A stretch of DNA of 64,000 bases from the NCBI GenBank assembly GCA_025055575.1, contig JANWWP010000034.1, positions 64,273-128,272 on the forward strand, given 5' to 3'. A program made the translations under genes and the position numbers. Below, one piece after another: positions 36,824 to 46,218 of the stretch. The notes under the pieces were generated by a model, which was not told the DNA's origin, searched no databases, and saw only the letters and a list, made by a program, of their open reading frames with translations. This stretch comes from Flavobacteriales bacterium. Lineage in GTDB: Bacteria > Bacteroidota > Bacteroidia > CAIKAF01. Every line of letters starts with the position of its first letter. Within the stretch, counting starts at the first letter, position 1.

Positions 36824-37969
36824 ATGAAAAAAGCCACTCAAGTTGTGCACGCCGGCGTGGAGCCGGACCCACTCACCGGGGCTGTGATGACGCCCGTCTA
36901 TCAGACCTCCACCTATGCCCAGGAAGCTCCGGGAAAGCATAAAGGGTATGAATATGCCCGCACACAGAATCCCACGCGCACGGCCCTTCAGCACTGTCTT
37001 GCAGCTTTAGAAAACGGCCACGAGGCCGTGTGTTTCAGCAGTGGAATGGCCGCGGTGGATGCGGTGTTGAAATGTTTTAACCCCGGCGATCATGTGGTAT
37101 GCAGCAACGATCTTTATGGCGGCACGTATCGTTTGTTCACAAAAACTTTTGAACGCTACGGTCTGCAATTCACCTTTCACGATTTTTCCCATCCTGAAAA
37201 AATAGTGGAAGGCTTTCGGCCTCAAACCCGCCTTGTGTGGGTGGAAACTCCCAGTAATCCTTTATTGAAAATTTTGGATATTGCGGAAATAGCCCGCATG
37301 GCGCACGCGGCAGGTGCGCGGCTCTGCGTGGACAATACGTTTGCCTCCCCATATTTGCAAAACCCTTTGGATTTGGGGGCAGACATCGTGGTGCATTCTG
37401 CCACTAAATATTTGGGTGGGCATTCGGACGTGGTGCACGGGGCCGCGGTGGTGCGGGACCCTCTGCTGGGAGAAGCCCTCCGCTTCAACCAAAACAGCAC
37501 TGGCGCAGTGCCCGGCCCTTGGGATTGTTTTTTGGTGTTGCGGGGTATCAAAACATTGGCTCTGCGCATGGAAAAACATTCAAAAAATGCCCGCATCATA
37601 GCCGATTTCCTGAACCAGCATCCCGCCGTGGCGCAGGTCCATTATCCGGGTCTGGCCCAGCATCCGGGGCATCACGTCGCCGCCCGGCAAATGCGGGATT
37701 TCGGAGGAATGATTTCGTTCAGGCTCAAAAAGGATACCCTGGAAAGTGCCATCCATGTGACTTCAGCCACACGGATTTTTGTGCTGGCTGAAAGCCTGGG
37801 AGGCGTGGAGTCGCTAATAGGTCATCCGGCCACTATGACCCATGCTTCCATTCCCAGGGATGAAAGAATGAAAAACGGGATCACCGACGGCCTTATTCGC
37901 TTAAGTGTGGGAATTGAAGACCCCGAGGATTTAATAGCCGATTTGGAACAGGCACTGCGAGGAGTATAG
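36824..37969 (+). CDS. PLP-dependent Cys/Met metabolism enzyme (cystathionine gamma-synthase/gamma-lyase/beta-lyase family)
   Basis: Cys/Met-metabolism PLP enzyme pattern including the SATKYLGGHSD lysine region. About 380 aa. Confidence 0.85.
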   Translation: MKKATQVVHAGVEPDPLTGAVMTPVYQTSTYAQEAPGKHKGYEYARTQNPTRTALQHCLAALENGHEAVCFSSGMAAVDAVLKCFNPGDHVVCSNDLYGGTYRLFTKTFERYGLQFTFHDFSHPEKIVEGFRPQTRLVWVETPSNPLLKILDIAEIARMAHAAGARLCVDNTFASPYLQNPLDLGADIVVHSATKYLGGHSDVVHGAAVVRDPLLGEALRFNQNSTGAVPGPWDCFLVLRGIKTLALRMEKHSKNARIIADFLNQHPAVAQVHYPGLAQHPGHHVAARQMRDFGGMISFRLKKDTLESAIHVTSATRIFVLAESLGGVESLIGHPATMTHASIPRDERMKNGITDGLIRLSVGIEDPEDLIADLEQALRGV

Positions 37970-38142
37970 CTTTTATTTTTTTTGTGTTTTTAATGTTATG
38001 AATTATTGGTAATATATTGTAAGTAAATTATATGCGATAAAATTAATTATTCTTTTGATTTTTTTATCGTGCTACACTTCCATGACAACTTTTTAAAGAA
38101 TTCATTTTTCTCCCTAAGAAATTTTTGCTTGAAATAAAAAGT

Positions 38143-38553
38143 TTAGTTCTTGAAAAAAAACAACTTCACAGCGACGGCTGCCAGAAGAAGGGCAAATAAT
38201 TTCCTAAGCAAATCCAGATTCATACCGTTGGCTAACCGGGCGCCGGCCCAACTGCCGGCTAGGAAAAAAAGTGCAATAATCCCTGCGGTGCGGAAGTCCA
38301 CATTTCCATGGCGGTGGTATTGAAGAACGGCCATGAGGCCCATCGGCAAAAGCATGATGGCCGCCAGGCTGGTGCCCTGTGCACGCACCTGAGTCATTCC
38401 AAGCGCCCACACCAGCATGGGGACCAGGATGATGCCTCCGCCCACCCCGAAAAGTCCACTGAGAAGTCCCGCCGCTACGCCAATAAAGGCTAACTTTAAG
38501 AGCAATTCAACGTCCATAAAACGAAAGTACATTTTTTGGCATAAGAAAAACAA
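38143..38553 (-). CDS. TauE/SafE (DUF81) family sulfite/anion exporter, half-size form
   Basis: GxGGG-type motif LSGLFGVGGGIILVPMLVWALG typical of TauE. Only about 125-136 aa (4 TM), so half the usual length. Confidence 0.55.
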   Translation of the reverse strand: MFFLCQKMYFRFMDVELLLKLAFIGVAAGLLSGLFGVGGGIILVPMLVWALGMTQVRAQGTSLAAIMLLPMGLMAVLQYHRHGNVDFRTAGIIALFFLAGSWAGARLANGMNLDLLRKLFALLLAAVAVKLFFFKN

Positions 38554-38558
38554 GCCTG

Positions 38559-39587
38559 CTAGCTTGTCCAGGGAAGGGCTGGATCCGGTGTACAGGAGAG
38601 GTCATCGGTATGCCCTCGCATCAGGCGGAAGTGGCCACTGAGGGCAATCATGGCGCCGTTGTCTGTGCAGAATTCAAAATCTGGCAGATAGAGGACGCCG
38701 TTCAGGCTCTCCATCAGAGCGGTAGCTTCCCGGCGCAGGAGTCGGTTGGCCGCCACACCCCCCACAATTCCGAGGCGGTTGAGGGCGCTCTCTTCCAGCG
38801 CCCGCCGGGTTTTTTCCAGAAGCATATCCACAACCGCTGTGCGCACCCCGGCACATAGATCATGGATATTCTCCTGGATGAATTTCGGATTCTTTTGAAC
38901 TTGATCTTCAAGAAAATATAAGACGGATGTTTTCAGTCCGCTAAAACTAAAATCCAGTCCTGGAACCCGGGCGCGGCTGAAATGAAATCGGTGGGGTTGG
39001 CCCAATTCCGCCAAGGCATCCAGTTGAGGTCCACCCGGGTAGCCCAACCCCAGCATTTTGGCGGTTTTATCGAAAGCCTCGCCGGCCGCATCGTCCAGCG
39101 TGCGGCCCAGTATTTGGATTTCCAAAGGACTCTCCAGCCGTGCCAAATAAGTGTGTCCTCCGGACACAATCAGGGCAATCAGCGGCGCTATGGGGCCCGC
39201 AGGAGCTGAATCGGGGGATCGGCTGGCCCAAAGTGCATGGATATGCGCTTCCATGTGATGCACACCGATGAGGGGTTTCCCCAGAGCCAAAGCCAGGCCT
39301 TTTGCATAGGACACGCCCACCATGAGTGCCCCCGGCAGGCCGGGTCCGCGTGTCACCGCAATGGCGTCTACATCCCTGAAAGAAAGTCCTGCACTTTTTA
39401 TGGCCGCTTCCGCCACGCGGGTCACCAGCCGGAGATGGGCCCTTGAGGCCAGTTCAGGAACTACGCCGCCATATTCTGCATGTTCCAGCTGGCTGCGTGA
39501 TACATTGGCGAGGATTCTCCCGTCTGCGGTAAGGCCTACAGACGTATCGTCGCAGGAAGACTCTATACCTAAAACTATCTTTGGCAC
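38559..39587 (-). CDS. tsaD: tRNA N6-adenosine threonylcarbamoyltransferase
   Basis: Canonical Kae1/TsaD N-terminus (M)PKIVLGIESSCDDTSVGL, metal-binding His motifs (HHMEAH). GTG start at 39585-39587. Confidence 0.9.
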   Translation of the reverse strand: MPKIVLGIESSCDDTSVGLTADGRILANVSRSQLEHAEYGGVVPELASRAHLRLVTRVAEAAIKSAGLSFRDVDAIAVTRGPGLPGALMVGVSYAKGLALALGKPLIGVHHMEAHIHALWASRSPDSAPAGPIAPLIALIVSGGHTYLARLESPLEIQILGRTLDDAAGEAFDKTAKMLGLGYPGGPQLDALAELGQPHRFHFSRARVPGLDFSFSGLKTSVLYFLEDQVQKNPKFIQENIHDLCAGVRTAVVDMLLEKTRRALEESALNRLGIVGGVAANRLLRREATALMESLNGVLYLPDFEFCTDNGAMIALSGHFRLMRGHTDDLSCTPDPALPWTS

Positions 39588-39597
39588 TGCCCTTGCA
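39582..39597 (+). promoter_or_regulatory. Candidate sigma-54 (RpoN) promoter: TGGCAC-N5-TTGCA, perfect -24/-12 consensus, upstream of the TamB-like gene
   Basis: ttTGGCACtgcccTTGCAaaag read at 39582-39597. -24 GG at 39583-84 and -12 GC at 39595-96 give a predicted TSS around 39607. The -24 box overlaps the divergent tsaD GTG start. Confidence 0.35.
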
Positions 39598-39605
39598 AAA
39601 GTAAT

Positions 39606-42600
39606 TTGGTGTCTTCAGCCCCCTCCACATCCCCTGCGCCTGTAAATTCCCGCGGTAGATGGCTGAGACGGCTGGTTAGAGCCGGAAGCAGCGGTGTGTT
39701 GGTGCTTTTGATGATCCTTTTTGCCCTTCGTTTTTCGGTGGTGCAAACTTGGATAGCCCGTCAACTATCGGATTGGTTTTCAAAAAAATATGGCGTCACC
39801 CTGCACATAGAAAAAGTGGATATCGGCTTGGTGAGCGGCATCAAATTGATCGGTCTGCATTTTCTGGATCACCGACAAGACACCATGCTCACTGCGGAGC
39901 GTCTGTACATTTTACCTGGCGAGGTGCGACCTTGGGCTGGTGTGCTGACGCTGCGGCGTGTGCAAATGGAGGAAGGTTTTTTTAAATTAAGACGCCATGC
40001 CGGAGACACCCAGCTTAACATTGAAGTTCTCATGAAACGACTGGCTCCGCCCGATACCGTGCCGGATACCCTCCCTGCCAAACCCTTCCATTTTGCCATT
40101 CATACCATCGAACTAAAAAATTTCGGATTCCGGATGGTGGAAGATGGCGCCAGTCCCTTGCCATCGGCTTTTCAACCGGGCCATATTCAGGTGGCCCTGT
40201 CCAAAGCGCTTTTCAGGAATTTTCAAGTGCGCAGGGATTCGATACTGGCCCGTGTGGACCAGCTGGAGGCAGTGGACCGAAGCGGCGCCGCCATAGAAGC
40301 CATGAATTGTGATTTTGGTATTTGCAGCACCGCCTTGTTTTTTCGGCAGCTTTTCCTGAAAACTCCCGGCGGCACGGAACTGAACGGCCATATACAGTTT
40401 CTGTACGACCATTATTCCCAGTTTTCCGACTTTTTGGATTCGGTGCGCTTGGACGTGGCCTTGAGGCCGTCGCGCGTGGTATTGAAAGACGTTGGTCGAT
40501 TTGTACCTCTGCCCACTTCTTGGGCTGGCCCTTTAGGAATCAAATTGAAAGCAGAGGGGACAGTGTCCCGCCTTAATCTTGAGGATTTTGGCCTGTTTTT
40601 ACCGGCCGGAACAGTGTTCGAGGGCCAGATGCTGCTGTCCGGGCTGCCGGCCATGGAACGTCTGCGCCTGGATGGCCGGATACGTCGTTTGCATGCCGAT
40701 TTCAATCAGTTACCGGCCCTTCTTCAATCCTGGGTGGGCGTCACATTGCCCTCCTGGCTTCAAAGCCTGGGAGAAACCGACATACAAGGCGCCCTCACAG
40801 GGCAATTGAATGATTTTAGGTTTCAAGGAAAATGTATGAGCGGATGGGGCGGGGTGGAAGGAAATGTGGTCTTTTCTGCCGACCCTCACTTTTCCCACGC
40901 CCGCTATTCTGCTTCCCTAATGCTGAACCAGTTGGACCTAGGGCATTTGCCGGGGGCTTCCATCCTGGGCCGGCAGAGCGGCCGGCTGGAAATACTGGGG
41001 AGCGGACTTCGTCCTAAAGATTTGGCCGTGGCGGTGGATATATATTTGGATCAATTTACACTCAATGCTTATGAATATCAGCAACTTCGGGTAAAAGGCC
41101 GTTGGGAAAAAATGGCCTTTCAAGGGCGGGTGGAATTGGAGGATCGCAATGCCCATTTGTCTTTCATAGGGGTGTTGGATTTAAGTAAGTCCGTGCCTTA
41201 CATGGCTTGCGAAGCTTCCATCCGGAACACGGATTTGCAAGCCACAGGGTGGCTTCATGAACCTTTTGAGCTGGAGGACGTAAAAATCTCGGCCAACGCT
41301 TCGGGGGATGGTCCGGATAATTTTCTGGGCCGGGCCACCGCTGCGCCCTTGAGGTTTTGTAAAAATGGACGAGATTTTCATTATTCGGAGCTCTCCTTTG
41401 AAGCCGATACGGCCCTGGATGGGAAGCGCAACTTCCGACTTCGTTCTCCTTATACGGATGCCGATTTCAGTGGTTTTTTCAAGTTTGAAGAGCTGGCCCA
41501 CACAGTTATGGGGCAATTGAACACCTATTTACCTTCTTTGCGACTTCCGGCGGATACCTCCAAGATTCAGAAGAATCAGCAGGTGGATTTTTTGGTTGAA
41601 TTAAAACATCCTGAACCTTTAATATCCCCTTGGATACAAAACTTTTCTGTGGCGCCAGGGGCTCGTCTCTCCGGACGATTTGACGGGAAAAATTCCATGG
41701 TCCTGGCGGATTTCACGGCTCCAGGCTTGGTTGGGAGCGGTGTGCGGTTGGAAGGTGTCACATTGCGCTTGAGTTCCAATCAAAGAAACTTTTATATTCA
41801 GTTAGGATTGGATCGGCTGTATCCATCCGATAGTCTGGCATTTTTACAAGTCCATTCAACGGTGCAAGCCGAAAAAGATTCTTTGACCTTTGAGTTAAAC
41901 TGGTCCGGAGACACCGAAAAATTAAGCCATGGCCAGCTTCGGGCCCACACCTCCATGTCTGAACCCGGGTCTTATAGCCTGGTGTTTCGGGACAGTTATG
42001 TGGATCTGGCCGGCGAACGCTGGAAACTGGCTCAGGGAGCAAGGGTAACCTATGATTATTCCGGCTTTTGGTTCAATGACCGCTTTGTGTTTTCGAGCCC
42101 CACGGAAGCCAATATCGGCTTGAACGGAAAAGCCGGTTATCAGTCCCGTCAGGTTTTGAGGCTTTTGGTGAATGATTTTCCGCTCGATTACGTCAACCGC
42201 TTCGCCAGTCCGGGGAAAAATTTAAAACTGGGGGGCTTTGTTTCAGGCTATGTCGGTATTTTCAGTGCTCTGAAGAATCCAAGAATGGAAGCCGATATTT
42301 TGGTGGGCCAAATTCAAATAAATCAACAGGATATCGGCGACCTATACCTCAAATCCAACTTTGAAACCGAGACTGAAACGGCAGAAGTGGATGCTTTCCT
42401 GGAATACCGGCGGAGAAGGTTGCTGACCCTTGTCGGAGGCCGCTTAGAAACCAAGTCCTCTTCCCAACGCATGGATCTGCCTTTGCTGGTGGAGGACTTG
42501 CCCATGAAAGTCCTCGAAATCTTTACGGCTCCGGACTTTGTGAACTTACAGGGTCGGTTAAACGGTTTTTTTCAAGTGCAGGGCAGCCTCAAAACACCTG

Positions 42601-44180
42601 ATTTTAGCGGCCGGTTCAGGCTGGATGAAGCCAGCGGCTACATGCCGGTGATTGGAGGCCGTTTCCAGTTCTATTTTTCGGAGGGCTCTTTTGTCACTTT
42701 AAATAACAAAACCATTGCTCTTCCTTCCATTGTGCTCACGGATATTTTAGGGAACAAAGCCTTTCTCACGGGCCATATCGATCACGATCAATTTTCAGAT
42801 ATCCGGTTTAACTTGAATTTGGACAGCCGAAACCAGGATTTCCTGTTTTTTAATGCTTCCCGGCGTGAAAGTCCTGAATTTTATGGCCCGGCGCTGGCTA
42901 AAGGCAGGATATCGCTCCGAGGCACACCAGGTCATATCAATGTGGTGGCATCTGTGACCACGTCCCGTGGCACCCGTTTGTTTGTATCACTTGAGGAGGG
43001 CACCCAACTGGCTTCTGAAAACAATTTCGTCACCTTCACCACCTCGCGCCCTGAAAGCAAAGAACGCATAGACAAATTCAACAGTAAACCGCAGGGCGAG
43101 GAGGAGGAAGTGGAAGCCACCACCATAGCTCTCACCATCGAAGCCACCGTGACGCCGGATGCAGAAATCAATCTGGTGTTTAACGAGGCTACCCACGATG
43201 TGCTCAGCGCTGCCGGTAGCGGCAATCTAAGACTGGAGCTGACCCCGGCCAACGATGTCTTCATTTTTGGGGACTATGAGGTGGTGAAGGGCAAATACAA
43301 GTTTTCCTTACAAAATCTACTGAGCAAAGAGATGCAGCTCAAGCCGGGGGGGGTTATCACTTTTAGCGGAGATCCCACCGAGGCCCGCATTCAGGCGACA
43401 GCTTACTATGCCACCCGCGCTTCTCCGGCTCCGCTTCTCAGCGCATCCGCCGGAGCGGAAATGCAAACGTTGGCACGCAACCGCGTGCCGGTGGAGGTGT
43501 GGGTGCATCTGAAAGGGCCCATTTTGGAACCCCAGGTTTCTTTTGATGTTCAGTTCCCGACGGTGGGAGAAAATACCCGTGCCGCCTACGAAGCCGTCCT
43601 CAGCACCGAAAATGAGAAAAATAAACAAGCCTTTGCCCTTTTGGTGCTCAACCAGTTTTTGGCGCCCGGGACGCTGGGTAGTTCCATCAGCGGGGGAGGC
43701 GCCATTGGCAGCAACAGCCTGGAGGTAATCAGCAATCAGCTCAGCAACCTGGTGTCCAAAATCAGCGATGACGTGGATGTGGGAGTGCGCTACCGCCAGG
43801 GCACCAAGACCGGATCCGGAGCCGGAGAAGTGGAGTTGGCTTTGTCCACCCGCCTTTTGGATGACCGGCTCATCATTGACGGTAATTTTGGCTTCGTCAC
43901 AAACCGTCCCGGCACTACCGCTTCCACCACCAACGCTCAAAATTCGGGCAGCATTATTGATATCAACATCGAATATCTGCTCACGCAGAACGGCAAATTC
44001 CGGATACGGGCCTTCAACCGGTCCAACTATGCCAATTTGTTTAGTCCTTTTCCTTACACTCAGGGGGCTGGTTTGAGTTATCAAACCCAATTTTCAGCGT
44101 GGAGACAATTATTCTTTAAAAAAGCCCAAAAGAGCCTCCCTGCAAACCCGATACTGGATGAAGACCGCCCGGTGGATTGA
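39606..44180 (+). CDS. tamB: Translocation and assembly module protein TamB-like (giant AsmA/TamB family, DUF490 C-terminus)
   Basis: 1524 aa, N-terminal Arg-rich TM anchor, long beta-rich body, C-terminal …GLSYQTQF typical of TamB/DUF490. Start codon unresolved (TTG 39606 in the track; other in-frame GTG/ATG candidates up to 39711). Confidence 0.7.
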   Translation: MVSSAPSTSPAPVNSRGRWLRRLVRAGSSGVLVLLMILFALRFSVVQTWIARQLSDWFSKKYGVTLHIEKVDIGLVSGIKLIGLHFLDHRQDTMLTAERLYILPGEVRPWAGVLTLRRVQMEEGFFKLRRHAGDTQLNIEVLMKRLAPPDTVPDTLPAKPFHFAIHTIELKNFGFRMVEDGASPLPSAFQPGHIQVALSKALFRNFQVRRDSILARVDQLEAVDRSGAAIEAMNCDFGICSTALFFRQLFLKTPGGTELNGHIQFLYDHYSQFSDFLDSVRLDVALRPSRVVLKDVGRFVPLPTSWAGPLGIKLKAEGTVSRLNLEDFGLFLPAGTVFEGQMLLSGLPAMERLRLDGRIRRLHADFNQLPALLQSWVGVTLPSWLQSLGETDIQGALTGQLNDFRFQGKCMSGWGGVEGNVVFSADPHFSHARYSASLMLNQLDLGHLPGASILGRQSGRLEILGSGLRPKDLAVAVDIYLDQFTLNAYEYQQLRVKGRWEKMAFQGRVELEDRNAHLSFIGVLDLSKSVPYMACEASIRNTDLQATGWLHEPFELEDVKISANASGDGPDNFLGRATAAPLRFCKNGRDFHYSELSFEADTALDGKRNFRLRSPYTDADFSGFFKFEELAHTVMGQLNTYLPSLRLPADTSKIQKNQQVDFLVELKHPEPLISPWIQNFSVAPGARLSGRFDGKNSMVLADFTAPGLVGSGVRLEGVTLRLSSNQRNFYIQLGLDRLYPSDSLAFLQVHSTVQAEKDSLTFELNWSGDTEKLSHGQLRAHTSMSEPGSYSLVFRDSYVDLAGERWKLAQGARVTYDYSGFWFNDRFVFSSPTEANIGLNGKAGYQSRQVLRLLVNDFPLDYVNRFASPGKNLKLGGFVSGYVGIFSALKNPRMEADILVGQIQINQQDIGDLYLKSNFETETETAEVDAFLEYRRRRLLTLVGGRLETKSSSQRMDLPLLVEDLPMKVLEIFTAPDFVNLQGRLNGFFQVQGSLKTPDFSGRFRLDEASGYMPVIGGRFQFYFSEGSFVTLNNKTIALPSIVLTDILGNKAFLTGHIDHDQFSDIRFNLNLDSRNQDFLFFNASRRESPEFYGPALAKGRISLRGTPGHINVVASVTTSRGTRLFVSLEEGTQLASENNFVTFTTSRPESKERIDKFNSKPQGEEEEVEATTIALTIEATVTPDAEINLVFNEATHDVLSAAGSGNLRLELTPANDVFIFGDYEVVKGKYKFSLQNLLSKEMQLKPGGVITFSGDPTEARIQATAYYATRASPAPLLSASAGAEMQTLARNRVPVEVWVHLKGPILEPQVSFDVQFPTVGENTRAAYEAVLSTENEKNKQAFALLVLNQFLAPGTLGSSISGGGAIGSNSLEVISNQLSNLVSKISDDVDVGVRYRQGTKTGSGAGEVELALSTRLLDDRLIIDGNFGFVTNRPGTTASTTNAQNSGSIIDINIEYLLTQNGKFRIRAFNRSNYANLFSPFPYTQGAGLSYQTQFSAWRQLFFKKAQKSLPANPILDEDRPVD

Positions 44181-44293
44181 ATGTCACGCCTGAATCTTTT
44201 AGATTCTTAATGGGTGTTTGACGGGGCTATACAACCTTGAACTTTATTTTTCAGTCCTGAGATAGTTCATTTAAAAGAAACCATTCCTTAATA

Positions 44294-44923
44294 TTGCTCC
44301 GCTTGGAAGATATCTACGTTTTTGATATCCGCCTCCTGGACTTGCCCACCTTGCAGGAGACCGTCTTTAAATTCATAATCAATTTTTCGGCGGCTTTTAT
44401 TTTGGCCAAATTTCTTTACTACCGGCTGCATAAAAAGCGGGAATATTTTTTCACTTTCCTGCTGTTCAATGTGCTGATATTTTTTGTGTGCCTGTTGCTA
44501 AATTCAGTCAAAATCAAAATGGGCTTTGCCTTTGGTCTTTTTGCTCTGTTCGGTTTGTTGCGCTACCGCACTGGCTCTCTGCCATTAAAAGAAATGACCT
44601 ATCTCTTTGCTGTGATTGTGATCGCGGTGGTCAATGCTTTGATGAACGAACGCATTTCCATTTCGGAAATTCTATTCTTCAACATTGTCATTATTGGAGT
44701 CACGGCCATCACGGAGTATTATTTAGGCGAACCCGACCTGGCCGAGACCCGAGTTAAGTATAACAATATGGAGTTGTTGTTGCGGGGAAATACACAGGAA
44801 GTCCTTCTGGATCTGAGAAAAAAAACCGGCCTTCCCGTAGTGCGCTACACGGTGGAAGAGTATGATACCATCAAAAATGTGGCCGATATCCGGGTATTTT
44901 TCTCCGAAAAAACGCCGGAATGA
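44294..44923 (+). CDS. Membrane protein with 4 N-terminal TM helices and a cytoplasmic C-terminal domain (DUF4956-like), hypothetical
   Basis: Hydrophobic N-terminal half, soluble C-terminal about 70 aa. Family name recalled, not verified. Confidence 0.4.
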   Translation: MLRLEDIYVFDIRLLDLPTLQETVFKFIINFSAAFILAKFLYYRLHKKREYFFTFLLFNVLIFFVCLLLNSVKIKMGFAFGLFALFGLLRYRTGSLPLKEMTYLFAVIVIAVVNALMNERISISEILFFNIVIIGVTAITEYYLGEPDLAETRVKYNNMELLLRGNTQEVLLDLRKKTGLPVVRYTVEEYDTIKNVADIRVFFSEKTPE

Positions 44924-45282
44924 TGAACAAAAAACAGCGGGGGGCAGAGGCTGAGCGGGCTGTGTCGTTTTTTTTGGAAGAGCAGGGGTATCGCATAATA
45001 CACCGAAATTATCGTTGTGGCCAGCGGGAGGTAGATATTGTGGCAGCCTTGGACGGCCTGCTTGTGATAGTGGAAGTGAAGCGGGTGGATCCACAACTTT
45101 CAGGTGTGCTCCCACCGGTGCACCCCCGACAGGAAGAACGCCTTCGGCAGGCGGCGGAAGAGCTTTTGATGCAGCATCCTGAGTTTTCTGAGGTGCGTTT
45201 TGACGTGGCCTTGGCCCAAGTGCTCCCGGATGGCTCCTGGCACATCCGCCACCTGTGTGATGCCTTCGGTACCCTGCACTGA
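44920..45282 (+). CDS. yraN: YraN family (UPF0102) endonuclease-like protein
   Basis: RGAEAERAVSFFLEEQGYRIIHRNYRCGQREVDIVA is a PD-(D/E)xK-like YraN signature. 4 nt overlap (ATGA) with the upstream gene. Confidence 0.75.
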   Translation: MMNKKQRGAEAERAVSFFLEEQGYRIIHRNYRCGQREVDIVAALDGLLVIVEVKRVDPQLSGVLPPVHPRQEERLRQAAEELLMQHPEFSEVRFDVALAQVLPDGSWHIRHLCDAFGTLH

Positions 45283-45372
45283 TTTGGGCTACTCCTGGAC
45301 AGCCTTTCAAATAAACAGGATAAAAAATCAGCCGGTTTTTTTGAAGAGCCAGAGGCGGCATTCAATTCCCTT

Positions 45373-46095
45373 TCAGCCCAATCTTGAAGAAAATTTGGAT
45401 ACGATGATAGCCACGAAGGTGACCACATAAAACTGGCCCAGAGTTCCAAAAAAAGCCGATAGCATGCGTGCTTCATGGGCCACAGGCACAATGTCTCCGT
45501 ATCCGATGGTGGACATGGTGATCATAGTGTAATAGGTAATCTCCTGATAAAAAATGGTAATATTATCATTGGTGGTCCCTGAAAAGGAACCAGGATGATA
45601 ATACTCTATGAGCATAAATGTGAAAATCCCAATGACCACAAGGAGCAAATAGCCGCATAAAGCTCCTATCACCACGCTGGCCGTCACCACGCGGGGCCTG
45701 AGAATTTGCCTGAAAACTTCTGTTAAAATAAATGCGTAATACACCACGTACGTCGAAAGCGCCGCCATGGAAAGCTCCCGGTTATTAAACACTTTGAAGG
45801 CAAAAAACGGGATGAACATGCTCAGGATGAAGAGAACGTTTTTGATTAATTTGATATAAAACCCACGCTCTTTAAATATACCAAAAGACACCAGCCCTAG
45901 CACCAGCATATTGATTGGCCATACATAGCGCACATAGATTTCATTGTGCCGAATGAAAATCTTGTCAAAAAGCACCAGAAACAAAGAAAACAGAAGCAAC
46001 TCAAAACGGTAGAGAAACAATTTTTCGTTGTAGCCTCTCAAGCGCCCTGTCGCAGATTTAGGGCTTCGTTTGGATGGTTTCGTGAGCACATCCAT
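45373..46095 (-). CDS. Potassium channel (6TM-type, no cytoplasmic regulatory domain)
   Basis: Selectivity filter TMSTIGYGD inside a pore-helix/TM6 arrangement. About 240 aa, all membrane. Confidence 0.7.
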   Translation of the reverse strand: MDVLTKPSKRSPKSATGRLRGYNEKLFLYRFELLLFSLFLVLFDKIFIRHNEIYVRYVWPINMLVLGLVSFGIFKERGFYIKLIKNVLFILSMFIPFFAFKVFNNRELSMAALSTYVVYYAFILTEVFRQILRPRVVTASVVIGALCGYLLLVVIGIFTFMLIEYYHPGSFSGTTNDNITIFYQEITYYTMITMSTIGYGDIVPVAHEARMLSAFFGTLGQFYVVTFVAIIVSKFSSRLG

Positions 46096-46218
46096 GGGAT
46101 AAATATAAAAAGCGCCGATGAAAGAGTTTTTTTAAAAGGGCAGGTATTTTGGGATCTTTTACTAAGTATTCGCCGGCTTCAACTTGCAGCTTGGGCCCTC
46201 TGGCTACTTTTGCACCCT

